Positions 55,302 to 57,076 of a stretch of DNA of 57,076 nt are shown here, piece after piece (the stretch's first letter is position 1; every line of letters begins with the position of its first letter). The stretch is from Chromera velia (lineage: Eukaryota), in assembly GCA_018398765.1 (NCBI GenBank), contig JAHBMJ010000122.1, positions 1 through 57,076 of the forward strand, read 5' to 3'. The notes below the pieces were generated by a model that was not told the DNA's origin, made no database searches, and was given only the letters and a program-made list of their open reading frames with translations. A program made the translations under genes and the position numbers.

Positions 55302-56148
55302 CTTTGCTTCCCCGAAGAGACAACGGATGAACAGACTCAGTCGGTCAGGGAGCCTCTACTCTACACCTTCACTCTTTTATTTGGCGCCCAGTCACGAGGC
55401 TGAATGGGCTTCTCTCCAGCAGAGTGACTAGCCAGGGAGTCCCCTTTTCTCTTCTACTTGGACAAGAGTGCACGGAATGAGCTTGCGGAAAAAATTGTAG
55501 TCAGATCTATAGATCAATCGCTGTTCGTATCAACCCAGAGCAGGAGAGAACGTTCTTATACCTGATCGAGGACTCCACAGCCGGAAGAATCCATGCAAAT
55601 ATTGGTCACAATGTCACAGGGCCAGCAAGTGACGAGAGAAGAATGTCGAATGATGTCGAATGGTTCTGAGTAGTAGTCATTTTCATACGCAAGAAATGGA
55701 TGTGTTGTTTGAAGAGACGCAGCGTTTCTAGACACCGCGGCGTTTGTGTGTAAACGCCGCGGGGAAAAAACTTGGAGGAGAAGGGGAGGACCGCGACGCG
55801 CCGCTCCGCCCGTCGAGCAAGTTTCCGCGGCGGGTCCGCCGCGGAGCGGCGGGACCGTCGCCTTTTTCTCTCCGCGGCGGCATCGAAAAAAAAAAAAGTG
55901 GATTGTCGAGACGACGAGATCGAGTCCGCCAAGTGTTGCTCTGACAGCTCTCAGCCCAGAGAGCTGTACAGATTCTTGTCAAGCGATCAACTGAGAGCAG
56001 CGGGCTCAACCTGTCAAAGGAACATTCATCTATATTAGTGTGCTTCCATGAATACCAAGTTCAATACTTCACAGTTGAATCTGCTCACTCGACTCTGAAT
56101 TTTTGCGAAGGTGACAGTCTGCCCGGACTGTCTTACCGTCTAAGTCTC

Positions 56149-56399
56149 ATGGCGCCCAAACGAAAAGCGCCTGACTCTGGCGCGAAGACGACGCAGTCTC
56201 AGAAGTTCTTGAAGTTCTTTGTTGCCGCAGAGAAGAAAGGGGAGGGGGCCGCCAAGGCCGACCAGCCATTACTCGGTGGCCTTATGCCTCCAGCCGCCCA
56301 GAAATCTCCTCGGCAGTCCTCCCCTCAACAGTCTCCTCGGAGTGTGAATGTGAGTGTGAGTGTAAGTGTGAGTGTGAGTGTGAGTATGAGTGTGTATAA

Positions 56400-56472
<73 letters not shown>

Positions 56473-56960
56473 CAAAAGCCGTCAGGCGCTCGAACTTCTC
56501 TTTCTGGCGATGACCATGAGCAGCTACTACCTCCCGAAAGTTGCTGTTGCCTTCCTCTCGTATTGAATGAAGCGCACGATGATTATGTATGCACCGATGC
56601 ATTGGTACTGGCAGGACAAAGAGGGGCAAGCAAAAGACAGTGAGATGGACTGCTTCGAGGTCCTGTATGACGGAGGAGAAGGGGCCGATTTGGTTTTCGT
56701 GCAGTTTGAACATCCAACATCCCGATCACGAGAGCACTGGAATTGACGAACCTTTAAGTCCGCTGCAGACCTTGCGTCTTTCACTTCCGCTCTGCAGGAA
56801 GCGAGAGCAAAGACGAAAAGGGGGCGTCTTGGTTCTGTCCTTGAATCCACCTGCCGAGTCGTTTTGGAGGGAGTCTTTGAAAGGCTTCACCGGGTGTGCC
56901 TGCTTGACGCTCCTCCGGGCGAGCAGGAGAGAGACGGGGGAAAAGAGAAGGAGAGAGATG
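56149..56960 (+). pseudogene. Decayed gene of unknown function (MAPKRKAPDS...). Exon 2 has two in-frame TGA codons
   Basis: ATG at 56149, then a (GT)n intron. The following frame KSRQALELLFLAM..SY*MKRTM..HWN*RTFKSAADL.. has TGA at 56564 and 56744. Confidence 0.5.
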
Positions 56961-57076
56961 AGGAAGGAAAGAAGGAGAGAGGTGAGGAGGGAGAGAAAGA
57001 GAGAGCTGAGGAAGGAGAGAAGGAGAGACATGAGAAAGGAGAGAAGGAGAGAGTTGAGGAAGGAGAGAAGGAGAGA
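56940..57076. repeat. Purine-rich degenerate tandem repeat running off the window edge
   Basis: Repeated GAAGGAGAGAGnTGAGGAAGGAGA-like units. Confidence 0.75.

Overview
This is eukaryotic, intron-rich nuclear DNA with microsatellite-laden introns, GTCAGT-type donors and TGCATGCA motifs. It is most consistent with a chromerid alveolate such as Chromera velia (inference). Genes spliced by hand: (1) PRMT1, minus strand, 5 exons visible, running off the left edge. (2) A divergent 16-exon Sec12/PREB-family Sar1 GEF (about 1722 aa) whose last exon adds a TM helix and an acidic repeat tail of about 1290 aa. (3) An LRR gene with an in-frame TAG. (4) A giant coiled-coil gene with an in-frame TAG. (5) An unidentified minus-strand gene. 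(6) An 8-exon PGK (417 aa). (7) A 2-exon bacteriorhodopsin-like DTD-motif microbial rhodopsin (224 aa). (8) A decayed gene at the right edge. Between them lie two related non-LTR retrotransposon relics, a tandem duplication of about 2.3-2.5 kb, a 54-bp minisatellite carrying a G-quadruplex motif, and AT-rich blocks rich in TpA/CTAG. The strongest cross-cutting signal is a RIP-like C-to-T hypermutation footprint in the repeats: transition-dominated divergence and TAG stops without frameshifts. All coordinates and counts were read by eye.
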